In this document: positions 27,170 through 39,879 of the stretch, piece after piece
How the letters are laid out: each line of letters opens with the position of its first letter
How positions within the stretch are numbered: the stretch's first letter is position 1
Assembly: GCF_002105155.1 (NCBI RefSeq)
Contig: NW_019028996.1
Coordinates: 682,001 to 746,000, forward strand
Direction of reading: 5' to 3'
DNA length: 64,000 nt
Source: Lobosporangium transversale
Taxonomy: Eukaryota
Made by a program: the position numbers and the translations under genes
The notes under the pieces: model-generated
Told to the model about the DNA's origin: nothing
The model's database searches: none
The model's input: only the letters and a program-made list of their open reading frames with translations

Positions 27170-29739
27170 ATGCCTAAAGCCCACATGAACTTTTCTAAAG
27201 AGGAACTACATTGGATCCGCAATGAAGACAAGATATCTCCCGAAATATACTTCAAAAAATTCAGATCAGGCGCTCTTAAATCTCACGAAGAACACCAGCG
27301 TTACTCCCGTTTACTGGGTATAGGTGGTTTTACGGAGGAGGAACTAGGAAAGCTTCGTAATGCTTTCGAATCATGGAAAATTAACAAGGCTGCTCAATTC
27401 TGGATGGATCGCAGTTCAAGAGATTCACAAATCAGAACAGCAGCTGTGTTAGTAAAGGGTTCGGAGGCATTCGCAAGCGGTTCCATTAATAGAAACAAAT
27501 GGGATGAACTGGATGCGCAAGACGAGGAGCAAGGTATGCTTTTGGAACTGTGCCTATTTTTTCATATGATTTTTTTCTTCTTTTTTTTAACTCCTTATGA
27601 CAATAGTTAGCCGCAAGCGTCCACAGGAAATCTTTAGAAACAGCAACAAACTGTCAAAGTCACAACGGAGCTATGGTGAGTGCCTTTATGGATTGGCTGA
27701 AGTATTACTGTTTGTATTAATATTGTTATTATTAATTATTGTCATTATTAATTATTATAACTGACGGTTTTGCCCATATTCTGTAATAGCAGCAGAGACT
27801 GGATTGAAGGAAAATAAATACGTGGGACATTCCGATACGTACACTGAGGTAGATGGTTCAAGTCCGCAGATCGATGAGCAAATTCCTTCTTCAGGTAAAA
27901 TGATGCGAAATATATTTATATGCAAATAAGTATAGTATGGTCTTTAATTATAGTATTTGCCAATTAGATACGGCAGCGACAACCACGACCGCTCCTACCA
28001 AGCTCGACAAGGTAATGATTGCGTCGACAGCTGCTCCGAGGACTAAGGTAAATGCGCATTGAATATGTTAATACATTTTTCGACCTGAAGTGTAATACCA
28101 TGTTTTATCATATAAGTCAACCGGTTGACTGTTTATTTTATGAACCAACTGTGCTTATGAAGTCTGCGAAGCCATATAATGGACACAAACTAACTGCTTC
28201 TTAACAATCTTGCTAGAATGCCAAAAAGCAATCTGAGGATGAGATAGAAGCAGAATTAAGCAAGCGGCGCAGGGTTAGCTTCGGTTCTACAGTCTCCACC
28301 ACAACAACAACCTCTGGCTCACTCTACTCATACCATGGATCGGAGACGTCCTCAGAGTCGGATAGGTATGTCTACCACTTTCTTGGAGGGAGTGGCCGAG
28401 AGGACTCCATACTCGAAACATCATGGATGTACAATGGTGTCGACATCAGCAAGGACCTAATGACATTCCGAGATCGCATAGTTCGAGAGAACTATGGGAT
28501 CTCGCGGCCCCATGAGATGCTGTACGTTTTATTTTATTATTTCATTCTTTGCCTTGCAGCGCCTTTCCTCTTCTATCTTGTACTAAAGACTACTGACCGC
28601 GTTGTCTGATAGCGTTATCAACTTTATCTTCCTTCTGGAGTCGGAGAACCAGATTTGGGGCTTGCAGGGGGAGGTCCAAGACCATGTTTGGGAGTCCATG
28701 TGGGACTCTGTGGGCAAGAAAAAGATCAATAACTTCAAGTCTACCATGATCATTGAGTGCCACAAATGGGCAGCGCTGGCAGCAAGTAACAACTTCGACG
28801 AGTACTCAAAGCTTTTGAGAAGCAACCCTCCCTGTTTTCCTCTTCTCCACCAGGCCCTGCTGCAGCTGATCTCGTCGCAACAGCTATGGACATTTCCTAG
28901 CCTTGAGAATGAGGCAACTTTTATTCGATACCTCATCGACCCCTGCTTGAATGTGACATTTGGGTCGATCAAGCATACGAGCAGCAAGTGGTATGTAATG
29001 TTCTAAGCCTTGTGTTGTGAATATCTTTTGTTCAAGAAGTCGCTAATGCTCTCTTCCTTATATTTTAAAAGGACAACTGTGCTGGATGAAACAAGAGGGC
29101 AAGATTCGCGCCTCCTCTTCCCAGACTTTTCTCTTGTGACCCAACTTCGCGACCATTCATGTTCCTTGGTTCATATGGAGGGCAAGACCGCTGCTAATAA
29201 GGGCTTGTCACAGATATGGGACGACCTTACCAAGCTGGGACAGGAACTGAAGCACTCTCTTGATGCTATGATCGTTCTGGAGCCCAGTGGTCCTGTGTCA
29301 GTCATAGGGATTCTTCTTAAAGGTAGGATGGTGCCTCATGTACCTTTATGTTGATTTCATTGCTAATATCGGCTCTTCTGTCTGTAGGATACAACTTGGA
29401 GTTCTATGAGATGACCATACAGGCTGAGGGAGTATATATTTTTAAAAAGTATGCAGATTGCTACTTGTTCAACAAAGCTGAGAACATGTTCCCACTTTGT
29501 AGGCTCCTTGAAATCCTTGAGACAACAAAGGTACATGGTTTAAATAAATTGTGATAGCGAATGAAGGCCGTATTAAATCAAAACTTGATAGTATTAACTC
29601 CACTCTGTAGATCATGGTAGAGAGAACTCTTATGAATCTGCGAGCCGTCAAGATTGCACCATCAGATTCACCACTGGTACCTTTTAGTTGGCTTAGACCG
29701 TCTTTCGTCAAGCCAAGAAGGATATTGTTGCCAGATTAG
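27170..29739 (+). CDS. Multi-exon orphan protein with a C-terminal PD-(D/E)xK-like nuclease fold
   Basis: Many GT-AG introns; exons MPKAHMNFSKEELHWIR.., NEATFIRYLIDPCLNVTF, LFPDFSLV..LVHMEGKT..WDDLTKLGQELKHSLD, ending SWLRPSFVKPRRILLPD*. Confidence 0.6.
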
Positions 29740-30245
29740 AGTGTTCCTGTCAATAAAGTTCCATGGAAACTAACAACATCAGTCAATGATATACAAGCTA
29801 AGCTGCCGTTGTACTGTCGTCACCTAAAGCCAATCAATAATTTCAAAATATTGACATTGTCATTCCTTTCTCCAATTTGATCTTCCTTGTTGACAATGTA
29901 TAGTGCGTGCCAAAACTGATGCATTTTTCAACATTTATTTCTCATTCTCCTTCTTCTTCTTTATGATCTTCCCTGCCACCACCATTTCTCATTCCCATTT
30001 GTCTCACCTCCATGTATTCTCATCGTCATCGCCATCAGTGGCCTAATTAGCATTTAAATGCAATTTGCTTTCAGCCACTCATTGCATCTATAACGGCAAT
30101 TAGCAACTTCCTGTTTTTATTTATTCCTGTTACTTCTCCTTTACCCTAACGATGTTCCCTCTTTTAGCCTTATATAGCTCCCTCATCCTCTTCGGCATAC
30201 CGCAGTATAGTTTGTGTAATAATTCAGGAGGGATATGTGTCCATA

Positions 30246-30440
30246 TGCAAGCAAAATCACTATAATAATTTTGTGCAACATAGTATTTCGCCCATATTTC
30301 TAGAGCATTCCTTGCAACAGGACATTAACTAGTATAAATAGGTCTACTTTTCTATTTAGTTCTGTAGCATAGTTCCCCCTGAATAAAGATACCTTTATTG
30401 CACCCTTAGATCCCCCTAGAACACTACCTTGACTTTTGCA
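30246..30440 (+). mobile_element. Solo LTR of the Gypsy family in this window (LTR-A, 195 bp)
   Basis: TGCAAGC...TTTTGCA with 5-bp TSD CCATA. Confidence 0.95.
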
Positions 30441-30550
30441 CCATACGTCTTAGACTCTCTCCCAGAGGTCCCCCATATTCTTTGGCTTGTCTGGATAATA
30501 ATCCAACTGCACCTTCATGTATGCCCATATATTTTCTATTGGTTGATGAC

Positions 30551-30648
30551 CAGTGCTCCTATTCGGTTTAAAATTTTGTCAATTGATATTTATTTTTTTA
30601 ATCTGAAACATCATAATTGACAAAATTTTAAACCGAATAGGAGCGCTG
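30551..30648. mobile_element. 98-bp hAT MITE, same family as 25531, opposite orientation
   Basis: CAGTGCTCCTATTCGGTTTAAAATTTTGTCAATT...AATTGACAAAATTTTAAACCGAATAGGAGCGCTG; no TSD. Confidence 0.85.
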
Positions 30649-30697
30649 TCATACATCTCTACTTACAATTAACATTCCACATCGTTTAGTATTTATT

Positions 30698-30887
30698 ATG
30701 AGGAGACTTTCTATGGAAAAGGTACAAAATGCTCGGCCTTACTTCGACAAGGGAAGTCTACAAGCGAAGTGGCAAGGAAACTTGGTATCTCTATTCCATC
30801 GGCAATAAGGATCAGGAGTGACGTCAAGGACAATATTCCTAAATCCAGAATGGGCAGACCCTCATTGGTTTCTCCTGCTACCAAGAG
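30698..30887 (+). pseudogene. 5' fragment of a Tc1 transposase cut off by the Gypsy LTR
   Basis: MRRLSMEKVQNAR..QGKSTSEVARKLGISIPSAIRI..MGRPSLV aligns with the HTH/GRP start of the 54773 transposase. Confidence 0.65.
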
Positions 30888-31106
30888 TGCAAAAGTCAAG
30901 GTAGTGTTCTAGGGGGATCTAAGGGTGCAATAAAGGTATCTTTATTCAGGGGGAACTATGCTACAGAACTAGATAGAAAAGTAGACCTATTTATACTAGT
31001 TAATATCCTGTTGCAAGGAATGCTCTACAAATATGGGCGAAATACTATGTTGCACAAAATTATTATAGTGATTTCGCTTGCATCCTTCCCGTCATGAAGA
31101 AACCTA

Positions 31107-33866
31107 TTATCTTGTTTTTCTTGAAGCCTCAAAGACGGCAAGCGCCTCTTTAGCGTTTGCGAGCGAAGATTTTGTTTCCCAAGTGGCTTCATCTAATGGA
31201 TAGCCTTTCCAAAGAACGAGCCACTTAGGAGTTTTGCCAAACATTTTGAAGTCAATGATTTTGTCGACTTCATACTCCTCTTCTCCATCTACAAGCTCGG
31301 GGGCAGGGCGTGGTGGTAAGCGGTCGCCGAATTCACGAGGTGACTCAATATAGGGGCGAAGCAGATCGGCATTAAAGACTGGATGTTGATGCATGTCAGG
31401 CGGTAGTTCCAGCTTGTAGGCATTTTCATTGACCTTCGAAATGATCTTGTAAGGGCCTATGTACTCAGGTTCCAGTTTCTGCGACGGCCTATTTTTATGT
31501 CCCGCGACAGAGATGTTTTCCGAGCTTAAGAGCACCATGTCACCCACAGCAAACGTAGCAGGCCTGCGAGTTTTGTCCGCTTGGGCCTTTTGCCTATTCT
31601 GCGCTTCGATGATGGCATCCTGAGCTAGCGCCAAATTCATCGACTGGGTTCGAACAAAATCACTGACAGCCGGAACATTGGTATCAGGTGGCTTTAAAAG
31701 AGATCCAGGGACTAGTGGATGGTGACCATAGTTCAGAAAGAATGGGGAGAAGCCTGTCGTAGGATTGACAGAGTTGTTGTATGCGAACTCCATCATAGGC
31801 AGTAAAAGATCCCAGTCGTTTTGCTTGTACGATATGTAAGAGCGGAGCATTTCTTCTAATGTTCTGTTGGCGCGCTCTGTTTGTCCGTCTGATTGTGGAA
31901 GGAAGGCAGTAGACATGTTAAGTTTGGTGCCCATGAGCTTCATCAACGTTGTCCAGAACTTGCCGGTGAAACGTGAATCTCTATCTGACACAATTGTCCG
32001 AGGCATGCCGTGCAGTCTAAAAACATTGTCGAAAAAGAGTCGTGCAACATCAGAGGCAGTGTCGGTAGTTCGGCTAGCGCAGAAATGAACTTGCTTGGAC
32101 AGTTTGTCCACAAAGACCGTAATCGCGTCAAAACCTCTGGCTGTCTTCGGAAGCTTGACAATGAAGTCCATTGTTACAGTATCCCATCGTTGGCTTGGAA
32201 TTGCCAAAGGTTGGAAAAGCCCTGCAGGAGGCTTTAGTGAAGGCTTGTTACGCTGGCATTGCTCACAGGAAGCAATGTATTTTTTTATATCCCTCGCCAT
32301 GCGTGGCCAAAAATATGTTCGTCGCATGCTACTGTACGTTTTATCGAGTCCCAAGTGGCCTGATATAGGAGCGTCGTGAGCGTCATGCAAGAGTTGTGAA
32401 CGGAGTCCGTCGTCCTTGGGTATGCAGAGGCGAGGGCCTTGTCCAGCGTTGATCCAGAGTAGACCATCTACCACGAAGTAACGATCCGGGGTAGAGGCAT
32501 CCTTATACTGATGCACGAGGGGACCTAGAATTGGATCGTGTAGGTAGCAACTGGCTAGTTGTTTTCGAATGCCAGGGTCTAGATTGATAACCAAGGAGTT
32601 CAAAGTAGTAGGTGTAGCCTCCAAGTCCTTGAGGTCCGGTCTTCGTGAAAGAGCATCAGGGACGACGTTATCTTTACCAGGTTTATACTTGAATACGAAA
32701 TCATACTCTTGAAGCAACTCCATCCATCTTGCTTGTCTGCGAGTCAAGTTCGGCTGGCTAGGAAAATGTTGTAGAGTGGCATGGTCGGTATAAACGACAA
32801 AGTGAGAACCATCAAGGTAGTATCGCCATGTCTTCAGAGCATGCACCACAGCCAGCAGTTCTTGTTCGTGTGTAGGATAGTTGCGTTCCGCTGGGTTGAG
32901 CTTGCGTGAAGTAAAAGCTACTGGTCGTGATTCACCATTTTGGTCCGTCTGGAACAAGACAGCACCAATTGCAAAGCCTGAAGCGTCTGTTTCGACTGCT
33001 GTAGAGAGGGCAGGATCGAATATCCTAAGAACTGGTGCTGAGCTCACTGCTCTTTTCAAAGTCTCAAAGGCGTCTTGTTGAGATTTTCCCCAGTGGAATT
33101 CCTTATTGCAGCCTAACAATTGTGTGAGGGGAAGAGCAATATCAGCGTAATGAGAAATGTACTGATGGTAAAAATTAGTCAAACCAAGGAATTGCATCAC
33201 ATGTCGTTGGGTTGTTGGTACTGGCCATTCCCTTATTGCCTTGACAAGTCCGCCATTCGTCTTGAGTCCATCCTTGGATATGACATGGCCTAGGAACTCA
33301 GTCTCTTCCTGCATGAAGGAATACTTGGATAATTTACAATAAAGCCCAGCTTGACGCAAGAGGGAGAGTACTTTTCGGATGTGCTCTAAGTGATCTTTCT
33401 CGTTATCGGAGTAAATTAAAATATCATCGAGATACACAACAACACATTTATCAAGAAGTGGATCAAGTACGTTACGCATCATAGTCGAGAACGCTGCAGG
33501 TGCATTTGTAAGACCGAAAGGTACGACGTTAAACTCGTAGTGGCCATAGCGAGTTCGGAACGCGGTCTTGTGTTTATCATCAGGATGGACACGCATTTGA
33601 TGATAGCCCGAGAGTAGATCCAGCTTGGTAAAACATTTAGCTGTTCTGAATCTGTCGATCAATTCATCGATCCGTGGTAAGGGGTACCTGTTTTTCTTTG
33701 TGATCTTGTTCAGGCCCCGATAATCAACACACATTCGAAGCGAGCCATCCTTTTTCTTCACAAAGAGGACTGGAGCACCGTATGGTGAGGTGCTCGGTGA
33801 GATTAATCCTTTTTGTAAAAGATCAGTTAGTGCAAGCGAAATCACTCTAATAATTATGTGCAACAT
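31107..33866 (-). CDS. pol: Gypsy pol, RT-RNase H-integrase-chromodomain part
   Basis: [34 protein letters not shown] finger, [28 protein letters not shown]. Confidence 0.95.
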   Translation of the reverse strand: MLHIIIRVISLALTDLLQKGLISPSTSPYGAPVLFVKKKDGSLRMCVDYRGLNKITKKNRYPLPRIDELIDRFRTAKCFTKLDLLSGYHQMRVHPDDKHKTAFRTRYGHYEFNVVPFGLTNAPAAFSTMMRNVLDPLLDKCVVVYLDDILIYSDNEKDHLEHIRKVLSLLRQAGLYCKLSKYSFMQEETEFLGHVISKDGLKTNGGLVKAIREWPVPTTQRHVMQFLGLTNFYHQYISHYADIALPLTQLLGCNKEFHWGKSQQDAFETLKRAVSSAPVLRIFDPALSTAVETDASGFAIGAVLFQTDQNGESRPVAFTSRKLNPAERNYPTHEQELLAVVHALKTWRYYLDGSHFVVYTDHATLQHFPSQPNLTRRQARWMELLQEYDFVFKYKPGKDNVVPDALSRRPDLKDLEATPTTLNSLVINLDPGIRKQLASCYLHDPILGPLVHQYKDASTPDRYFVVDGLLWINAGQGPRLCIPKDDGLRSQLLHDAHDAPISGHLGLDKTYSSMRRTYFWPRMARDIKKYIASCEQCQRNKPSLKPPAGLFQPLAIPSQRWDTVTMDFIVKLPKTARGFDAITVFVDKLSKQVHFCASRTTDTASDVARLFFDNVFRLHGMPRTIVSDRDSRFTGKFWTTLMKLMGTKLNMSTAFLPQSDGQTERANRTLEEMLRSYISYKQNDWDLLLPMMEFAYNNSVNPTTGFSPFFLNYGHHPLVPGSLLKPPDTNVPAVSDFVRTQSMNLALAQDAIIEAQNRQKAQADKTRRPATFAVGDMVLLSSENISVAGHKNRPSQKLEPEYIGPYKIISKVNENAYKLELPPDMHQHPVFNADLLRPYIESPREFGDRLPPRPAPELVDGEEEYEVDKIIDFKMFGKTPKWLVLWKGYPLDEATWETKSSLANAKEALAVFEASRKTR

Positions 33867-33999
33867 AGTATTTCGCCCATATTTCTAGAGCATTCCTTGC
33901 AACAGGATATTAACTAGTATAAATAGGTCTACTTTCTATCTAGTTCTGTAGCATAGTTCCCCCTGAATAAAGATACCTTTATTGCACCCTTAGATCCCC

Positions 34000-35175
34000 C
34001 TAGAACACTACCTTGACTTTTGCAGTTAGCTGCTTCTTCAGTTCATCAAGCTCAGCGATCGACAATCTGATGACAGGTCGGACAGGTGGGTCAGCATAAG
34101 GGTCAGTCTCTATACGCATGCTATCACCTCTGTCAGGGGGAAGGCCATCAGGAAGCGTTGTAGGAAAGACATCAGGGAATTCGACTTGAACGATTTGCTT
34201 GATAGAGTCCGGTAGTTCAGAACTACTGCTAGAGACAGGTACTGGAACTCGAACTTGGGCGAGGAATACAGAGGCATCAGGTTCCGAGGCAACGGTAAGG
34301 AAGTTAAGAGCAGATATGACGGAAGATCGCTGTCTAGGCTTCCTGTCGATGCCAGTGCAAGGCCACAAGACCGGGGTACCTTGGTATTCAAAATGCAGAT
34401 CATTTGTTCGCCAATTGATGCGAGGGTTGATATCCGTCAGCCATGGTTTACCCAAAATTAGGTCGTATTTGGATAGAGGATAAACAATGGCGTTGATTTT
34501 ATCCTGATACGCGTTGCGGGCGAGGGTGAACGTGGCTGTGTGCTGAGCAATTGTCTCGGTACCGTTGGGAAGAATGACAGGAATGGGTCTACCCTCAATT
34601 AGCGGAACATGTGTGTTCTCGCAGAAAGAGGAACTTATGACATTGCCTTCGGCCCCTCCATCTACAAGAATGCGCGCAGGTCGACCATTCACTGCTCCAA
34701 TGAAAGTAAGGAGTCGGCGAGAGTTTTTATGTTTGGCATAGGTAAGGCTGAAGGATTGAAGGCGAATTTCGTTACGACAATGGGAGTGGCGATTGGATGA
34801 ACTAGGGGTAGATGAATGAGTGGAAGTGAGTGAAGTGGAAACAGTGAAAGGATCAGTGGAGGGGAAAATAGGGTCGGAGAGGGGATTGTTTTTTAGCAAT
34901 GAGGAATGAGTAGGGGAATGGGGATCAGGATGAGGTGAATACTTAGAGAGTAGATGTAAGGAAGTAGATGCAGTGGGAGCAATAGAGTGATCAGAAAGGG
35001 GCATGGATGTTATATTTGTGCACAAAGGCTCTATGACCTCGGTTCCGGCATCTGAAACAACGCCCCTCACGAACGCAACGTTCTCGTTCAGCTGCTGTGA
35101 GCTTGGGTAGCGAGCTTGGCTTGGAGTGGTTTCTGTTTGGTCGTTGCTGATGGAGAGAGGTGTACAGGTTGGCAA
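34000..35175 (-). CDS. Gypsy pol, aspartic protease part (ends inside the inserted LTR)
   Basis: ILVDGGAEGNVIS and YDLILGKPWL. Confidence 0.85.
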   Translation of the reverse strand: MPTCTPLSISNDQTETTPSQARYPSSQQLNENVAFVRGVVSDAGTEVIEPLCTNITSMPLSDHSIAPTASTSLHLLSKYSPHPDPHSPTHSSLLKNNPLSDPIFPSTDPFTVSTSLTSTHSSTPSSSNRHSHCRNEIRLQSFSLTYAKHKNSRRLLTFIGAVNGRPARILVDGGAEGNVISSSFCENTHVPLIEGRPIPVILPNGTETIAQHTATFTLARNAYQDKINAIVYPLSKYDLILGKPWLTDINPRINWRTNDLHFEYQGTPVLWPCTGIDRKPRQRSSVISALNFLTVASEPDASVFLAQVRVPVPVSSSSSELPDSIKQIVQVEFPDVFPTTLPDGLPPDRGDSMRIETDPYADPPVRPVIRLSIAELDELKKQLTAKVKVVF

Positions 35176-35911
35176 CCAACATTCTCATGTTATCGAGATC
35201 CATTGGTGTAGGGCCAGAATTATTCTCATGATGGGGTGATAAGGCGTTCGGGGTAGCGGATACAGGGGTGGCATCGATGGGATGTAGAATACTGTGGACA
35301 ATGGTCGCCTGCTCAATGGCATCGTCCAACGTCTCTGGCTGTCTAAGTCTTACCTGCTTGCTTGTTTCGGGCTCAAGGCCTAGCATGTATTTTTGCAAAG
35401 CAGAGTCTTTGTCGAGATTTGTAGCCAGACGTAGGTGGCTTCTAAACTTGCTCGTATATTCTGCCACACTCATCCTTCCCTGACGAAGTTTATCCAACGC
35501 TCGGCGAGCTGCATTCGCAGAATCTGGAGGGGTGAACTGACGGAGGAATGCTTTACGGAAGTCAGCCCAAGGTGTATCGAGATTCAACCCGGAATCTCTC
35601 CACCATGCCTTGGCTTCGCCATTGAGACTGAGGACAGCGTATCGAACCCATTTGGATGGCGTGAGTGTGACAATAGTGTAATACTCCTCCAGGCTGTCGA
35701 CAAAGTTTAAGGCTGCAACAGCGTTAATAGCTCCTTCGTAAGGCGTAGGCTTCTGTGGCTTTAGGACCGTGGCGAGGGTTCTGGCTAGGTCATTCTCAGC
35801 GGCTTCGTTGACTTTAGCAGTAGAGAGGGCCTGATTAAAAGCAGTAGCTATGGCTTCGCGAATGTTCAGAGGAAGATCGATGGACGAAAGGGCGTTATTC
35901 AAGTGTTCCAT
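34991..35911 (-). CDS. gag: Gypsy gag
   Basis: LNGEAKAWW, LRQGRMSVAEY, GPTPMDLD, zinc knuckle CFRCRNRGH. Confidence 0.92.
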   Translation of the reverse strand: MEHLNNALSSIDLPLNIREAIATAFNQALSTAKVNEAAENDLARTLATVLKPQKPTPYEGAINAVAALNFVDSLEEYYTIVTLTPSKWVRYAVLSLNGEAKAWWRDSGLNLDTPWADFRKAFLRQFTPPDSANAARRALDKLRQGRMSVAEYTSKFRSHLRLATNLDKDSALQKYMLGLEPETSKQVRLRQPETLDDAIEQATIVHSILHPIDATPVSATPNALSPHHENNSGPTPMDLDNMRMLVANLYTSLHQQRPNRNHSKPSSLPKLTAAERERCVREGRCFRCRNRGHRAFVHKYNIHAPF

Positions 35912-36555
35912 GGCGAGGGGTGAAATTCAATGGTAATTGTAGTTCTCTGGGGGTGGTCGTGGTTTCCTTTGCTACCAATGCAAAAGTCAAGGTAGTGTTC
36001 TAGGGGGATCTAAGGGTGCAATAAAGGTATCTTTATTCAGGGGGAACCATGCTACAGAACTAGATAGAAAAGTAGACCTATTTATACTAGTTAATATCCT
36101 GTTGCAAGGAATGCTCTAGAAATATGGGCGAAATACAATGTTGCACAAAATTATTATAGTGATTTCGCTTGCAACGCGACTTGGCTTGACAGGCAAACTA
36201 TGCATGGAGGAATGAGTGAAGGAAATGAGCGGAACAAATTAATCAAGCACACGTGATCTTTTTCAGATTCGAATCAGACAAAAGTCATTCATCAATTCAT
36301 GAGCTAGACATTGCTTGCTGTTCGTGACAAAATATCTAATTAACTTTGAAAGTGCATTTATTTTCATTACACATCTATCACAAAAGGCTGTAATAAAGCT
36401 GACCATTTCAAGCTACATTTAAATGTAATGTACTAAGTGCTCAAAGTCCCCAATATACAAAGTAACAGCTATTCAAACAGATCTGCAAAATTATAAAGCC
36501 TATGTCAACAAAATGGGACGTCCGTACAATGTTGGTAAAAAAAATAGAATTGCTG

Positions 36556-39149
36556 TTAGACAGTCAACAGCTCATTGTCAATTCTTTGACTATTGCCACT
36601 CTTGTCCTTCCAGTGAGCACTCATCTTCACTGTATCAAAACTCCTATCGTGCCAGAAATGCACCAAATTCACCCCTTGGTCCAGTTCCGCGTCGGTTTGC
36701 CAGTATGGGTGCTCAAGATAGTCGTCTGCTCGAGTAAAGTGAACAACCCAAGCTTCTTCTGCTGAGAGTAAGCGTTTATAAGTTGGCGACTTGCTGATAA
36801 AGTCCTTAATAGAAGTTTGACTTCCTGTAGCCAAAAGCTCGATAGCAACCGTCGGCTCTCCTGCTTTCTTGATGACAATATCACTATATTTGTGGTCCTC
36901 AAGCTCATGGTGGTGCCACTGGCTAATGATCCCATATCCTTCTATTTTGTTTAGCCAGTTGGTGAGAATCCTCATCAATTCCGTGTCATAGACGCTCTGT
37001 CGAGGGACATCAATGTTGTAGTCGCCCATAACCTTAACTGTTCTCCCCGATCTTTTGTATGATCGGTATTCCGACTGTATAATCAAGTTTTTATCGAAAA
37101 ATCGAAGAGCAATCTTCATAGTCTCCAGAATATCCAATAATCCTCCTTGACTTTCCTTTGGGGGTGACTCCGAAGGAGCGTGGGGATATTTTGCTGGGAT
37201 AATATATCTCCTCACAAACGAGTCAATGAATGCTGAGGCCATACGGTAGTTACTGCCATCAAGTCTTATCAGCACCCCTTCTGCAGTTAGGAAGTCTGCC
37301 AATCTCTGTTGTTCCATGTCTGTGATAGATATATCGCCGAGATACCCAATAAAATCTGTTCGGAGAAGATTAACAGCATCTGTAGCTGATTCACTCAAAA
37401 GTGAATCGACCATCCTTCTGAAGGTATGATGTGAAAGCATCATCTCACTCTGATTGTCTGTGGAGAAGTCCAGCCATGTATCGTAATCGAGACAATTCGT
37501 CGAGTCGTTGACTTTGGAGCGAAGATTCTCATGAATGGAACGTCCACAAAGACAAATCATTCCTGGATGACTATTGACATTGAGCACAATTCATTGTATT
37601 AGAATGGCACATCAACTCGTGGAGAGTTAACTAAGCTTAAAAAACATACCCATTTGACTTCCAGTGTATGTCTCGAATAATCTCATCATCTATTTTAATC
37701 ATCTCATCATTCGCATAGTCATTAAAGAGCTGCCGCGTTTGATCAAGAGTGAAATACGGGTTCCTGATAGTATTGTTGACATTGAACGGGGCTATGTGTT
37801 GACCTGTTGTGCTAAGGTGCTGAAGACTAAAGGTTCCACATAAGACAATACTGTCAATGGCGTATAAATGGTTATTCTGTCGGATTGCTCGAAACGCCTG
37901 TAAGCATTGGTTGCGGATCTCGTCGCTTGCGTTAAACAGTAAATCAAACTCGTCAACCAAGATGACAATCTTCTCGTCCTTGAATTTAGTTCGACCGAAA
38001 GCATCGAGAAAATCTCGTTTGGTTGTAATATCATCGACTTTATAGTTGCGGCGAAGAGCATTTCCAAAAGCTTTCCAGAAATCAGGCTCATTATTGCCAA
38101 CGGCAACTCCCTCAAATGATAGTCTAAATAAAAAATAGAGGGTCAGTACTGGTATATTAGCGCATACATTGCATCCACTTTATCCATTTTCACAGAAGTT
38201 GGCTTACGGGAGGCAGCGATATCCAAAGTCAGCTAATTGGGTGATAAGTCGATACAACCGTGTTGTTTTTCCAGAGGCACGTGCGCCTATGAGCATCACT
38301 ATCTCGCGGTCAAAAACGCTCTGTAGTATTTCCTCATTGTTGTCATGGTCCGCAGGATCCACATAGTAGACTGATTAACTTCGTCGAATCTGATCGGTTC
38401 ATTGACGGTCCACCTCTTTTTTTTCAAAAGTCGCGGTACTGAAAAAAATTAGAAAAAAAAACAGCAAGACCTGTCAGAAGAGAAAATAAGGAATCGGTTC
38501 CAATCCTTAAGGGAGAATTAGCTTACATAAGTCTTCGGCCCTCCTCTTTTTTTCCGAGTCTGTTGGTAAAGGAAGCAATGATAGAAATTTGCAAGAAAAA
38601 AAGAAAAAAGCATCAGAGGAAGTCGTCAAGCACATGTGCGATGATTAACCTTATGAAAAAAAGAGAGAGCCAATTAAACAAATGAGTCTTACTCGAAGTG
38701 GAAGTAGACGGATCTATACCGCAATAATGCGAAGGATCATTAGACATAATCAATGATTACAACAAGCGTCACCACATGGCATGCCGCAGTAACAGGCACA
38801 ATTAGAATTTAACAGGCTTCTTACCTGCCGACGGCCTCTGGACAACGACGTGTATGGTTTTCTTTTCTGGTGTAGTGCCGAAAATCTCAGAGATCTTGCT
38901 TGTTGCACAAAGCTTTTTTGCATTTGGGTGTTCTGAAAGTGTAATGGTTTTTTCGTCCTCATCGTCTCCGATTACGATGGAGACATGCCAGAGATTCAAT
39001 TTGTCGGCAACAATCTCTCGGAAGTCGTTTTCTTTTTCCTTCTTGATTGCTTTTTTGAGAGCAGCAATTGAGTCATCAGCATCCAATTGGACTTTAAATG
39101 CGGAAGAGTCGCCATCGAGAATGCAAAAGAGCATAATTTTTTGAGTCAT
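36556..39149 (-). CDS. Crinkler (CRN)-type protein: ubiquitin-like N-terminus, AAA-like NTPase, PD-(D/E)xK nuclease; multi-exon, apparently intact
   Basis: MTQKIMLFCILDGD..LKKAIK..LNLWHVSI..IHVVVQRPSA|GTAAG; Walker A GARASGKT (~38265-38290); Walker B VILVDEFD; YSDIVI..VAIELLA. Confidence 0.85.
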
Positions 39150-39879
39150 CTTGGTTTAATTGCGCACTGAAAAAAAAAAAAAAAAAAAAAAAAAAGTAAT
39201 TGGCAGTAAACCAGCAGAGAGCTAGTTTGATTAAAGTGAACTGAGCAAGAATGTTGGCGTTAATGTGAAGATTGAAAGAGAAATGCTTAGAGGAAGAGGG
39301 ATGAAAGAAAAAAAAGATGGATGCGTGAGAAAAAAAAAAAAAGAGTGGCAATAGGATGTGCTCACTAAAAATAAAATTACGTACACACGTATGGGGGCAA
39401 ACTTAAGCCACTCCGTTTGTTTTTATTCCTCATCCATCATACGAATTCCCTTAAATACTCAAGTTGCGTAGTGGTATTTTTTTGTAGAATTTATAATGAG
39501 GTGACGTAGTAGGCTATTTGCTAAATCCACCCTTTTCTGCCAGTTGCTTCTTCCGAATCACAATCGCCATCTAATCCTATTCCATCGCTCATTACTATTT
39601 TATTTATGTCAGGATCGCTCTCCTGCAGACTCCATTCAGGCCTTTTTCGTGTTTCTGTAGTCCATCTCCTGTCCCAGGTAACCTTTTTATTTTTTTTAAA
39701 AAAAAGAAAAAAAAAAAAAACGCGTAAATTCAAATTAGCCTACTTCATTTCTAACTCTCTGTCTTCCTCCTCTCTGAGATAGATAATATTAGCCGTCCAC
39801 AATGGTATTTATAAATATCACGAACATGCTAGCTATTTCGATTAGCTTATAATTAATTATTTTTCTTGATGCAAATTAT

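Larger units (their letters stand above)
30888..36173 (-). mobile_element. Ty3/Gypsy chromovirus LTR retrotransposon, copy 1
   Basis: LTRs 35979-36173 and 30888-31082; mirror image of 44992-50277; internal antisense solo LTR 33831-34024; flanks AAGAG and ACGCG do not form a TSD. Confidence 0.95.
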
